From Microvirga sp. (GTDB lineage Bacteria > Pseudomonadota > Alphaproteobacteria > Rhizobiales > Beijerinckiaceae): a DNA stretch of 64,000 nt. The notes below the pieces were generated by a model, which searched no databases, was not told where the DNA came from, and saw nothing but the letters and a program-made list of their open reading frames with translations. Both the position numbers and the translations under genes were made by a program. The DNA is taken from positions 2,478-66,477 of the forward strand of contig DAINQO010000003.1 in NCBI GenBank assembly GCA_036742625.1, read 5' to 3'. Below are positions 52,160 through 61,115 of this stretch, one piece after another; the stretch's first letter is position 1, and every line of letters begins with the position of its first letter.

Positions 52160-52839
52160 TCGAGACCCTCGCCACGATGGCAAAGTGGGCGCCGCTGATC
52201 CTGTCGGGCTTCCTCTTCAACCTCCTCGTCAGCGTGCTCGCGATGGCGCTCGGGACGATCATGGGAACGGCGCTCGGGCTGGCGCAGGTCTCGCTTTCGC
52301 CCGCCCTGCGCCGGCTCGCCTGGGCGATCACCCAGTTCTTCCGCAACGCGCCGTGGCTCGTGCTCCTGTTCTACGCCATGCTGCTCCTGCCCTTCGAGGT
52401 GCAGCTCCTCGGCCTCCGCGTGGCGCTGCCCGGGTGGCTCAAATCGGTCATCGGGCTGTCGCTGCCGGTGATGGCGAACGTCGCCGAGATCGTGCGCGGC
52501 GGCGTGCAGTCGATCCCGCTCGGGCAATGGGAATCGGCCGAGGCGCTCGCCTTCAGCCGCCGCCAGACGCTGTGGCGGATCATCCTGCCGCAGGCCGCAA
52601 AGCGCATGATCCCGCCGTGGATGAACCTCTATGCCATCCTGACCATGGCGACGAGCCTGATCTCGATCGTCGGCGTGCAGGACGGCGTCAGCCTGACCCG
52701 CGCGGCGCTCGTCGCGGAGGGACGCACCGAGCTCTTCATGCCGATGTACCTGATGCTGCTCCTGATGTTCTTTTCCTATTGCTACCCGATCGCCCGCCTC
52801 ACCGCGACGCTCGAGCGCCGCTTCGCCGTGAAGGGCTGA
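52156..52839 (+). CDS. Amino-acid ABC transporter permease, second subunit
   Basis: In-frame part of track ORF 51529..52839, from GTG 52156 (GTGA overlap with the upstream stop) or ATG 52177. …FFRNAPWLVLLFYAML…ESAEALAFS…. Confidence 0.8.
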   Translation: MIETLATMAKWAPLILSGFLFNLLVSVLAMALGTIMGTALGLAQVSLSPALRRLAWAITQFFRNAPWLVLLFYAMLLLPFEVQLLGLRVALPGWLKSVIGLSLPVMANVAEIVRGGVQSIPLGQWESAEALAFSRRQTLWRIILPQAAKRMIPPWMNLYAILTMATSLISIVGVQDGVSLTRAALVAEGRTELFMPMYLMLLLMFFSYCYPIARLTATLERRFAVKG

Positions 52840-52934
52840 GCGCGCGGCAAATTTCTGTCGCTCCAAGGCAAGAGAGCGCCGGCGACATCTTCGACAACTG
52901 GCGCGCCGTCGCGATTTCGAGGAAGCCCCTGCCG

Positions 52935-55349
52935 ATGAAGACCCATGCCCGCGTCGTGGTCATCGGAGGGGGCGTCGTCGGCGCGAGCGTGCTCTATCAC
53001 CTGACGAAGGCCGGCTGGCGCGATGTCGTGCTGATCGAGCGCTCGGAGCTCACCTCCGGCTCGACCTGGCACGCGGCCGGCGGCATGCACACGGTCAACG
53101 GCGATCCGAACGTCGCCAAGCTCCAGGCCTACACCATCAACCTGTACAAGGAGATCGAGGCGATCTCCGGCCAGTCCTGCGGCATCCACATCACCGCCGG
53201 GCTGATGCTCGCCTGCACGCCCGAGCGGCACGATTTTTTGAAGATGATGGTATCGCGGGCGAAGTACCTCGGCCTCGACATGGAGATGGTCTCGGTCGAG
53301 GAGGCGGCGCGGCTATTCCCGCTCATGGACAAGCGCCACTTTGTCGGCGCGCTCTACAACACGCTCGAAGGCCATGTCGACCCGTCCGGCGTCACCCACG
53401 CGTACGCCAAGGCGGCGCGCATCCAGGGCGCCGAGGTCTACCGGCACACCCGCGTCGTCGAGACGAAGCCGCGGCCCGACGGCTCCTGGGACGTCGTCAC
53501 CGACAAGGGCACGATCGTCGCCGAGCATATCGTCAATGCCGGCGGGTTGTGGGCGCGCGAGGTCGGCCGCATGGCCGGGCTCGAGCTGCCGGTGCTCGCG
53601 ATGGAGCACCAGTACCTGATCACCGAGGACGTGCCCGAGGTTGCGGCCTCCGAAAAGGAGATGCTGCACATCATCGATTTCGACGGCGAGATCTACATGC
53701 GCCAGGAGGGCCGCGGCGGCATGCTGATCGGCACCTACGAGCGCGCCGGCGTGCCGTGGTCGGAGCGGCAGACGCCCTGGGAATTCGGCCACGAGCTGCT
53801 CGAGAACGACCTCGAGCGCATCGCGCCGAGCCTCGAGGTCGGCTTCGAGCATTTCCCGGCGCTCGGGCGCGCCGGCATCCGGCGCGTCGTCAACGGCCCC
53901 TTCACCTTCACGCCGGACGGCAACCCGCTCGTCGGGCCGGTGCGCGGCCTCAAGAACTACTGGGTCGCCTGCGGCGTCATGGCCGGCTTGTCCCAGGGCG
54001 GCGGCGTCGGCCTGTCGCTGTCGAACTGGATGATCGAGGGCGATCCGGGCGCCGACATCTGGGGCATGGACATCGCCCGCTACGGCGACTGGACCACCAT
54101 GGCCTATACGAACGCCAAGGTGCGCGAGAACTACTCGCGGAGATTCCGCGTCCGCTTCCCCGGCGAGGAGCTGCCGGCCGGGCGCCCGCTGAGGACGACC
54201 CCTCTCTACGAGACGCTCGGTCGGGAAGGCGCCCTGTTCGGGGCGGCCTACGGGCTCGAATACCCGCTGTGGTATGCGGCCGATGGCGAAGAGCGGGGCG
54301 AGCACTGGAGCTTCCGCCGCAACAACGCCTTCGCGGCGGTCGCGCCCGAGTGCCGGGCTGTGCGCGAGGGCGTCGGGCTGATGGAGATCTCGACCTACGC
54401 CAAATACGACGTCACCGGTCCGAAGGCCGAGGAATTCCTCGACCGCATCCTCGCGAACCGCCTTCCGAAGGAGGGCCGCATCACCCTTTCGCCGATGCTC
54501 GGCGAGAACGGCCGGCTACTCGGCGATTTCACGGTGGCGCGGCTCTCGGACGGGCGCTTCTTCGTCATCGGCTCCGGCATCGCCGAGGCCTACCACATGC
54601 GCTGGTTCGAGCGCTTTTTGCCGGAGGGCGCCGCGATCCGGGCCTACGGCACAGACCTCGTCGGGCTCTCGATCGCGGGACCCCGGGCGCGCGAGGTCCT
54701 GGCCGAGGTCGTGCACGAGGATGTCTCGCACGCCGCCTTCCCGCTTCTCGCCATCCGCCGCATGGAGGTCGGGCTCGTGCCGGCGCTCGTCGGCCGGATC
54801 AGCTTCACCGGCGATCTCGGCTACGAGATCTGGGTCAAGCCGGAGCATCAGCGCGCGCTGTACCGGACCCTCGTCGACGCCGGCGCGGCGTTCGGCCTGA
54901 AACACTTCGGCTCGCGCGCCTTGCATTCGCTGCGCCTTGCCAAGGGCTACGGCACCTGGGCGCGCGAGTACCGCCCGATCTACACCGCGACCGAGGCCGG
55001 CCTCGACCGCTTCGTCGCGCTGAACAAGGGCGCGTTCGTCGGCTCCGAGGCGGCGCTGCGCGAGCGCGAGAGCGGCGGCACCTACCGGCTCGTGAGCTTC
55101 GAGGTCGATGCGGCGGACGCCGACGCCTCCGGCGACGAGCCGATCCTGCACCAGGGCAAGACCGTCGGCTGGGTCACCTCCGGCGGCTACGCCCACACCC
55201 ACGGCGTCTCGCTTGCGATGGGCTACGTCCGCAACGAGGTCGCCCCGGCGCTCGACGGTTTCTCGATCGAGATCATGGGCGAGGGCCGGCGCGCGCGCCG
55301 GCTCGAAGAGCCGGTGTTCGACCCCGATGGGATGCGGATGCGCTCTTGA
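52935..55349 (+). CDS. Dimethylglycine dehydrogenase-type enzyme (FAD oxidoreductase + GcvT-like folate-binding domain)
   Basis: Track ORF 52107..55349 trimmed to ATG 52935 (MKTHARVVVIGGGVVGASVLYHLTKAGW…GSTWHAAGG…). 804 aa. C-terminal aminomethyltransferase-like domain. Confidence 0.9.
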   Translation: MKTHARVVVIGGGVVGASVLYHLTKAGWRDVVLIERSELTSGSTWHAAGGMHTVNGDPNVAKLQAYTINLYKEIEAISGQSCGIHITAGLMLACTPERHDFLKMMVSRAKYLGLDMEMVSVEEAARLFPLMDKRHFVGALYNTLEGHVDPSGVTHAYAKAARIQGAEVYRHTRVVETKPRPDGSWDVVTDKGTIVAEHIVNAGGLWAREVGRMAGLELPVLAMEHQYLITEDVPEVAASEKEMLHIIDFDGEIYMRQEGRGGMLIGTYERAGVPWSERQTPWEFGHELLENDLERIAPSLEVGFEHFPALGRAGIRRVVNGPFTFTPDGNPLVGPVRGLKNYWVACGVMAGLSQGGGVGLSLSNWMIEGDPGADIWGMDIARYGDWTTMAYTNAKVRENYSRRFRVRFPGEELPAGRPLRTTPLYETLGREGALFGAAYGLEYPLWYAADGEERGEHWSFRRNNAFAAVAPECRAVREGVGLMEISTYAKYDVTGPKAEEFLDRILANRLPKEGRITLSPMLGENGRLLGDFTVARLSDGRFFVIGSGIAEAYHMRWFERFLPEGAAIRAYGTDLVGLSIAGPRAREVLAEVVHEDVSHAAFPLLAIRRMEVGLVPALVGRISFTGDLGYEIWVKPEHQRALYRTLVDAGAAFGLKHFGSRALHSLRLAKGYGTWAREYRPIYTATEAGLDRFVALNKGAFVGSEAALRERESGGTYRLVSFEVDAADADASGDEPILHQGKTVGWVTSGGYAHTHGVSLAMGYVRNEVAPALDGFSIEIMGEGRRARRLEEPVFDPDGMRMRS

Positions 55350-55415
55350 TCGCTGCCGCAGGCGCGGCGCACGATATGGCAAACGAGAAGCCGCGATAGC
55401 GGCAGGAGGACGAGG

Positions 55416-56465
55416 ATGGCGAAGAAGGGTCTGCTCGAACGGCTCGCCGACGGGCCGGTGATCTGCGCCGAGGGGTATCTGTTCGAGCTCGAGCGCCGCG
55501 GCTATCTCCAGGCCGGCGCCTATGTCCCGGAAGTCGTGCTCGATTTCCCCGAGCAGGTCGAGAACCTGCACCGCGACTTCCTGCGCGCCGGCTCCGACGT
55601 CATCGAGGCCTTCACCTACTACGCGCACCGCGAGAAGCTGCGCCTCATCGGCCGCGAGGGCGACCTCGAGCCGATGAACCGGCAGGCGCTCGCTATCGCC
55701 AAGAAGGTCGCGGCCGAGGGCGACGCGCTCGTCGCCGGCAACATCTGCAACACCAACGTCTACAAGCCCGGCGACGCGGAGGCGGCGCGCCAGGTGCGCG
55801 CCATGTACGAGGAGCAGGTCGCCTGGGCGATGGAGGCCGGCGTCGACTTCATCATCGCCGAGACCATCTCCTGGCTGGGCGAGGCCGAGATCGCGCTCGA
55901 CGTGATCCGGCAGACGAAGCTGCCCTCGGTCGTCACCTTCGCGCTGCACAAGAAGGGCGAGATGCGCGACGGCTTTTCGCCGGCCGAAGCGGCGAAGCGC
56001 ATCGAGGCGCTCGGCGCCGACGTCGTGGGGCTTAATTGCATTCGTGGAATCCGCACCATGATGCCGCATGTCGATGCAATCCGGCGGGCGGTGAAGATCC
56101 ACGTCGCGGCGCTGCCGGTGCCGTACCGGACGAGCGAGGCCGAGCCGACCTTCGAGTCCTTGACCGAGAAGGATGCGCAGTGCGCGCACTGCATCCCGGA
56201 CGGGCGCTCCTTCCCGGTCGCGCTCGACCCGTTCCAGGTGACGCGCTACGAGATCGCCGCGTTCGGCCGCGACGCCGCCGCCGTGGACGTGCGCTATCTC
56301 GGCGTCTGCTGCGGGGCCGGGCCGCACCACATCCGGGCGCTCGCCGAGGCCCTCGGGCGGCGCCCGCCGGCGAGCCGCTTCTCGCCCGACATGTCGAAGC
56401 ATTACGCCTACGGCAATGATGCACGCCTGCGGCAGGAGAACCGCGAATACGCGAAAAACCTGTGA
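55416..56465 (+). CDS. Betaine-homocysteine S-methyltransferase-like protein (homocysteine S-methyltransferase domain)
   Basis: 349 aa: MAKKGLLERLADGPVICAEGYLFELERRGYLQAGAYVPEVVLDFPEQVENLHRDFLRAGSDV… C-terminal GVCCGAGPHHI Zn-Cys block. Resembles animal BHMT and rhizobial Bmt. Confidence 0.85.
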   Translation: MAKKGLLERLADGPVICAEGYLFELERRGYLQAGAYVPEVVLDFPEQVENLHRDFLRAGSDVIEAFTYYAHREKLRLIGREGDLEPMNRQALAIAKKVAAEGDALVAGNICNTNVYKPGDAEAARQVRAMYEEQVAWAMEAGVDFIIAETISWLGEAEIALDVIRQTKLPSVVTFALHKKGEMRDGFSPAEAAKRIEALGADVVGLNCIRGIRTMMPHVDAIRRAVKIHVAALPVPYRTSEAEPTFESLTEKDAQCAHCIPDGRSFPVALDPFQVTRYEIAAFGRDAAAVDVRYLGVCCGAGPHHIRALAEALGRRPPASRFSPDMSKHYAYGNDARLRQENREYAKNL

Positions 56466-56467
56466 CG

Positions 56468-56491
56468 CCTCTCCCCGCACGCGGGGAGAGG
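56468..56491 (+). repeat. Family-D hairpin directly after the BHMT-like stop codon (possible attenuator/terminator)
   Basis: cctctcccc-gcacgc-ggggagagg followed by tgttt. Confidence 0.6.
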
Positions 56492-56507
56492 TGTTTGGGG
56501 GGAGTTG

Positions 56508-57158
56508 ATGGAGACGTTCCGCTTCATCGCCGCGAACCTGCCCCTAATCGGGCGGATGACGCTCGAGCACATCTCGATCGTCGGCGTCGCGGTGACGATC
56601 GCGATCGTCACCGGCGTGCCGATCGGCATCCTCATCACGCAGAACAAGGCCGCGGCCGATCGCGTGCTCTACGTCGCCGCGATCATCATGACGATCCCCT
56701 CGATCGCGCTGTTCGGGCTTCTCATCCCGGTCCTGTCGCTGATCGGCCAGGGCATCGGCTATCTGCCGGCGGTGATCGCCCTGATCCTCTATTCGCAGCT
56801 GCCGATCATCCGCAACACCTACACGGCCATCATGAACATCGATCCGGCGCTGCGCGAGGCGGCGCGCGGCATGGGCATGACGCCGCTCGAGCGGCTGCGC
56901 CGGGTCGAGATCCCGCTCGCGCTGCCGGTCATCATCAACGGGGTGCGCAACGCGGTCGTGCTCGGCATCGCGATCGGCGCCATCGCGACCTACATCGGCG
57001 CCGGTGGCCTCGGCACCTTCATCTCCCGCGGCATCACCCAGACCGACATCCGCCAGCTCCTCACCGGCGCGATCGCCGTCAGCCTCTTGGCGATCGTCGC
57101 CGATTTCGCGCTGATCGGCGTGCGCCGCTTCCTCACCTCGCCGGGGCTCAGGATTTGA
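56508..57158 (+). CDS. Glycine betaine/choline-type ABC transporter permease (OpuCB/OpuBB-like)
   Basis: About 216 aa (TTG 56505 or ATG 56508). …LYSQLPIIRNTYTAIMNIDPALREAARGMGMT…. Confidence 0.85.
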   Translation: METFRFIAANLPLIGRMTLEHISIVGVAVTIAIVTGVPIGILITQNKAAADRVLYVAAIIMTIPSIALFGLLIPVLSLIGQGIGYLPAVIALILYSQLPIIRNTYTAIMNIDPALREAARGMGMTPLERLRRVEIPLALPVIINGVRNAVVLGIAIGAIATYIGAGGLGTFISRGITQTDIRQLLTGAIAVSLLAIVADFALIGVRRFLTSPGLRI

Positions 57159-57203
57159 TGGCCAGGCTATGAAGCTTGCTTTTCCGGGCCTGCCTCCCAA
57201 GCC

Positions 57204-57319
57204 CCTCATCCTGAGGTGCCCGCGAAGCGGGCCTCGAAGGACGCACCCCTGCCGGTGCCGCGTCAACTGTGTGCGTGCTTCGAGGCTCGTCGCTTCGCTC
57301 CTCGCACCTCAGCATGAGG
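57204..57319. repeat. Palindromic REP/MITE-like element, family A, copy 3 (short form without the nested hairpin)
   Basis: cctcatcctgaggtgcccgcgaagcgggcctcgaaggacgcac…gtgcgtgcttcgaggctcg…cacctcagcatgagg. Lies between the permease and ATPase genes. Confidence 0.85.
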
Positions 57320-57354
57320 AGGTTGGTGATGGCCGGTGATCCGGGAGGTTGGCC

Positions 57355-58461
57355 ATGATCCGCCTCGACCGCGTCAGCAAGGTCTTCGGACAGACGACCG
57401 CGGTCGACGCCGTCACCATGGAGGTCAACGCGGGCGAGGTCTGCGTGCTGCTCGGGCCGTCCGGCTGCGGCAAGACCACGACGATGAAGATGATCAACCG
57501 CCTGATCCCGCCCTCCTCGGGCAAGATCTTCCTCGACGGCCGCGACACCGACGGCATCGACGAGGTCACGCTCAGGCGCTCGATCGGCTACGTCATCCAG
57601 CAGATTGGGCTGTTCCCGAACATGACGGTCGAGGACAACATCTGCGTCGTCCCGGACCTCCTCAAATGGGAGCGGCGCAAGTCGCGCGCCCGCGCCGCCG
57701 AGCTCCTGGAGATGGTCAATCTCGACCCCAAGATCTTTCTCAAGCGCTACCCGAAGGAGCTCTCGGGCGGGCAGCAGCAGCGCATCGGCGTCGTGCGCGC
57801 GCTCGCGGCCGACCCGCCGGTCTTGCTCATGGACGAGCCCTTCGGCGCCATCGACCCGATCAACCGCGAGGTGATCCAGGACGAGTTCATGAAGCTGCAG
57901 GCGGCGCTCAGGAAAACCGTCGTCTTCGTCAGCCACGACATCGACGAGGCGGTGAAGATGGGCTCGCGCATCGCCATCTTCCGCGACGGCCGGCTCATCC
58001 AGTACGACACGCCGAACAACGTGCTGGCGCAGCCGATCGACGCGTTCGTGGCCGATTTCGTCGGCTCGGACCGCACCCTGAAGCGGCTGCGTCTGATCAC
58101 GGTCACGGAAGCGATGATGCCGGATCCGCCCCGCGTGCGCGGCGAGGACACGCTCGACACCGCCGTCAAGCTGATGGAGGAGCACGGCCACATCTCGATC
58201 GTGATGGTCGGCCCGCGCGGGCGCGCCCGCGGCGTCGTGCGGCTCGACGCCGCCCAGGGCAAGAGGGGCCTCGTCGCCGAGAACCACGAGCCGCTGCCCG
58301 GGATGGTCGACGTGAACGAGGACCTTCGCACGGCGGTGTCGCTCATGTTCACGCATGGCGTGACCTGGCTCGCCTGCATCGACGACGACGGCTTCTACAA
58401 GGGCTACATCACCCAGCGCGGCATCACCCAGTGCCTCGCCGCGACGTCGCGGAGCGTGTGA
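57355..58461 (+). CDS. Glycine betaine/choline-type ABC transporter ATP-binding protein with C-terminal CBS domains (OpuCA/ProV-like)
   Basis: Track ORF starts at TTG 57349. ATG 57355 follows a GGGAGG Shine-Dalgarno. Walker A GPSGCGKTT, signature LSGGQQQR, Walker B LLMDEPFGAID. Confidence 0.9.
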   Translation: MIRLDRVSKVFGQTTAVDAVTMEVNAGEVCVLLGPSGCGKTTTMKMINRLIPPSSGKIFLDGRDTDGIDEVTLRRSIGYVIQQIGLFPNMTVEDNICVVPDLLKWERRKSRARAAELLEMVNLDPKIFLKRYPKELSGGQQQRIGVVRALAADPPVLLMDEPFGAIDPINREVIQDEFMKLQAALRKTVVFVSHDIDEAVKMGSRIAIFRDGRLIQYDTPNNVLAQPIDAFVADFVGSDRTLKRLRLITVTEAMMPDPPRVRGEDTLDTAVKLMEEHGHISIVMVGPRGRARGVVRLDAAQGKRGLVAENHEPLPGMVDVNEDLRTAVSLMFTHGVTWLACIDDDGFYKGYITQRGITQCLAATSRSV

Positions 58462-59189
58462 GCGTGGCCGGGGCGCTCGAGCGCGCTTGGCGGATCGCGG
58501 TCCTCGCCGCCGTGTTCGCGCTCGGCGTCCAGATGCAGGCGCGCGGCGTCCTCGCCTCGATGGCGAAGTACTGGGGCGACATCGTCTATCTGTCGAAGCA
58601 GCACATGGAGATGGTGGCGATCTCGGGAGCGCTCGCGATCGCCGTCGGCGTGCCGCTCGGGATCTTCCTGACGCGCCAGGGGGTGCGCCGCTACGCCAGC
58701 GCCATCACCCAGGTGGTCAATCTCGGCACCACCGTGCCGACGCTCGCGATCCTCGCCATCGCCATGACGGTGCTCGGGCTCGGCCGGCCGCCGGTCATCT
58801 TCGGGCTATTCGTCCTGACCCTCCTGCCGATCGTGCTCAACACCGTCGCCGGCATCGAGAGCGTGCCGCCGCACCTGATCGAGGCGGCGCGCGGCATGGG
58901 CATGACCCGCTTCGAGATCCTCCTGAAGGTCGAGGTGCCGAACGCCGCCTTTGTCATCCTCGCCGGCATCCGCACCGCGCTCGCGATCAATGTCGGAACG
59001 GCGCCGCTCGCCTTCCTGATCGGCGGCGGCGGCCTCGGCGAGCTGATCTTCACCGGCATCGACGTGAGCGAGCCCGGCATGCTGCTCGCCGGCGCGATCC
59101 CGACCGCAATGCTCGCGGTGCTCACCGACTTTGCCGTCGGCACGGCGCAATATTGGTTCGTGCCGCGGGGCGTAAATCCGCTACGATGA
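58458..59189 (+). CDS. Glycine betaine/choline-type ABC transporter permease, second subunit
   Basis: In-frame part of track ORF 57336..59189. Candidate GTG starts at 58458 and 58464, at the upstream stop. …LLPIVLNTVAGIESVPPHLIEAARGMGMT… The start is uncertain. Confidence 0.8.
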   Translation: MSVAGALERAWRIAVLAAVFALGVQMQARGVLASMAKYWGDIVYLSKQHMEMVAISGALAIAVGVPLGIFLTRQGVRRYASAITQVVNLGTTVPTLAILAIAMTVLGLGRPPVIFGLFVLTLLPIVLNTVAGIESVPPHLIEAARGMGMTRFEILLKVEVPNAAFVILAGIRTALAINVGTAPLAFLIGGGGLGELIFTGIDVSEPGMLLAGAIPTAMLAVLTDFAVGTAQYWFVPRGVNPLR

Positions 59190-59212
59190 AGCATAAGCAC
59201 AGGGAGGGAACC

Positions 59213-60100
59213 ATGCTTCGCAAGGCTTTCGTCACGTTCCTCGCCGGGGCGGCGCTCGCGCTCGGCGCCTCCGCGGCGGCGGCCCAGAACGTCGTCGTCG
59301 GCGGCAAGAACTTCACCGAGCAGCAGATCATGGCCGAGATGACGAGCCAGCTGCTCAAGGCCAAGGGCTTCACGGTCGACAAGCGCGCCGGGCTCGGCAC
59401 GGCGCCGCTGCGCCAGGCGCAGGAAGCCGGCCAGATCGACGTCTATTGGGAATACACCGGCACCTCGCTCATCAACTTCAACAAGGTGACGGACAAGCTC
59501 GACGCCGGCGCGACCTATGCCAAGGTCAAGGAGCTCGACGCCGCGAAGGGCCTCGTCTGGCTCAATCCCTCGAAGGCGAACAACACCTACGCCCTTGCGA
59601 TGCGGGCCGAGGATGCCGCCAAGAAGGGGATCAAGAGCCTGTCCGACCTCGCCGCCAAGGAGAAGAGCGGACAGAAGCAGAAGTTCGGCTGCAACGCCGA
59701 GTTCTACGCCCGCGCCGACGGGCTGAAGCCGCTCCAGGAAGCCTACGGCTTCGAGTTTCCGCGCGAGGACGTGATCCGCATGGACACCGGCCTCGTCTAC
59801 CAGGCGCTGCGCGACGCGCAGGTCGACGTCGGCCTCGTCTTCGCGACCGACGGGCGCGTGCCGGCCTTCAACTTCGTCATCCTCCAGGACGACAAAGGGT
59901 TCTTCCCGAACTACGCCATGACGCCCGTGGTCCGGAAGGAGGTCCTGGACAAGAACCCGAAGCTCGCCGAGGTCCTGAACGCGCTGTCGGCAAAGCTCGA
60001 CGACGCCACCATGGCGAAGCTCAACGCCTCGGTCGACGTCGACAAGAAGAGCGTCGAGGAGGTCGCGGGCGGATTCCTGAAGGCACAGGGGCTGGTGTGA
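59213..60100 (+). CDS. Glycine betaine/choline-type ABC transporter substrate-binding protein (OpuCC/OpuBC-like)
   Basis: In-frame part of track ORF 58487..60100 from ATG 59213, preceded by AGGGAGGGA. Signal peptide MLRKAFVTFLAGAALALGASAAAAQ. …VVGGKNFTEQQIMAEM…WEYTGT…. Confidence 0.85.
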   Translation: MLRKAFVTFLAGAALALGASAAAAQNVVVGGKNFTEQQIMAEMTSQLLKAKGFTVDKRAGLGTAPLRQAQEAGQIDVYWEYTGTSLINFNKVTDKLDAGATYAKVKELDAAKGLVWLNPSKANNTYALAMRAEDAAKKGIKSLSDLAAKEKSGQKQKFGCNAEFYARADGLKPLQEAYGFEFPREDVIRMDTGLVYQALRDAQVDVGLVFATDGRVPAFNFVILQDDKGFFPNYAMTPVVRKEVLDKNPKLAEVLNALSAKLDDATMAKLNASVDVDKKSVEEVAGGFLKAQGLV

Positions 60101-60106
60101 CGCGCT

Positions 60107-60253
60107 GTCATTCCGGGGCAGGCCGCAGGGCCGAGCCCGGAACCCATAACCGCCGCTCCCGTCGGATGTGCGCCGTGGCCATGTCGCGGCTTCTTCGGCG
60201 CCGCTGGCGTTTATGGGTTCCGGGCTCGACGCTTTGCGTCGCCCCGGAATGAC
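60107..60253. repeat. Palindromic REP/MITE-like element, family B
   Basis: Outer arms gtcattccgggg / ccccggaatgac. Inner arms gagcccggaacccataa / ttatgggttccgggctc. Confidence 0.85.
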
Positions 60254-61115
60254 AACCCTGAGCGACATGACCCGCCTCATCGTCGGCGCGGCGCAGATCG
60301 AATGCCGGCCGGGCAACATCGCGGCGAACCTCGTCCTGCATCTCGAGGCGATCCGGGAGGCGCGGGCAGGTGGCGTCGACCTCCTCGTCTTCCCCGAGCT
60401 GTCGCTCACGGATTATCTCTCCGAGCCCGATCTGCCGCGTCTCGCCCGATCGCAGGATGCACCAGAGCTCCAGGCGCTGGCCGACGCGGCAGGCAGCATG
60501 CTCGTCTCGTTCGGCTTCATCGAGGACGCTGGTGCCGGGCGCTTCCACAACAGCCAGGCCCTGGTCGCGCAGGGCCGCGTGCTGCACGTCCATCGCAAGC
60601 TCAACCTGCCGACCTACGGCCGGCTCACCGAGGGGCGGCATTACGCCAAGGGCGAGCGCATCGGCCTAGCCCGGCATGGCGCGTGGTCGCTCGCCACCCT
60701 CATCTGCGCCGAGACCTGGAACCCGGCGCTGCCCTGGCTCGCGGCGCTGCGCGGTGCGAGCCTGCTGATCGTGCCGGTCGCGTCGTCGCTGCACGTCGTC
60801 GACGATCTCGACAACCGCACCGGCTGGACGGTGAACCTCTCCCATACGGCGCTGACCTACGGGCTGCCGCTCGTGATGGCGAACCATTGCGGCGCGCGCG
60901 GCGGTCTCGCCTTCTGGGGCGGCTCGCGCATCCTCGACGCCTTCGGGCGCGAGCTCGCGCCGGCGGGCGAGGGGCCGCAGGTGATCTTCGCCGAGATCGC
61001 GCTCGACGACGTGCGCCGCGCCCGCGACCGCCTGCCGACGATGCGCGACGCCGATCCGCGCGCCGTGCGGGCCGAGCTCGATCGCTTCCTTGCCGAGCCG
61101 GAGGTCGCGCCGTGA
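60249..61115 (+). CDS. Carbon-nitrogen hydrolase (nitrilase-superfamily amidase)
   Basis: Track ORF 60168..61115. The upstream part reads through repeat B. ATG 60249 lies in the repeat arm; the alternative is ATG 60267. E-K-C triad context: LLVFPELS, VHRKLNLP, LICAETW. Confidence 0.8.
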   Translation: MTTLSDMTRLIVGAAQIECRPGNIAANLVLHLEAIREARAGGVDLLVFPELSLTDYLSEPDLPRLARSQDAPELQALADAAGSMLVSFGFIEDAGAGRFHNSQALVAQGRVLHVHRKLNLPTYGRLTEGRHYAKGERIGLARHGAWSLATLICAETWNPALPWLAALRGASLLIVPVASSLHVVDDLDNRTGWTVNLSHTALTYGLPLVMANHCGARGGLAFWGGSRILDAFGRELAPAGEGPQVIFAEIALDDVRRARDRLPTMRDADPRAVRAELDRFLAEPEVAP

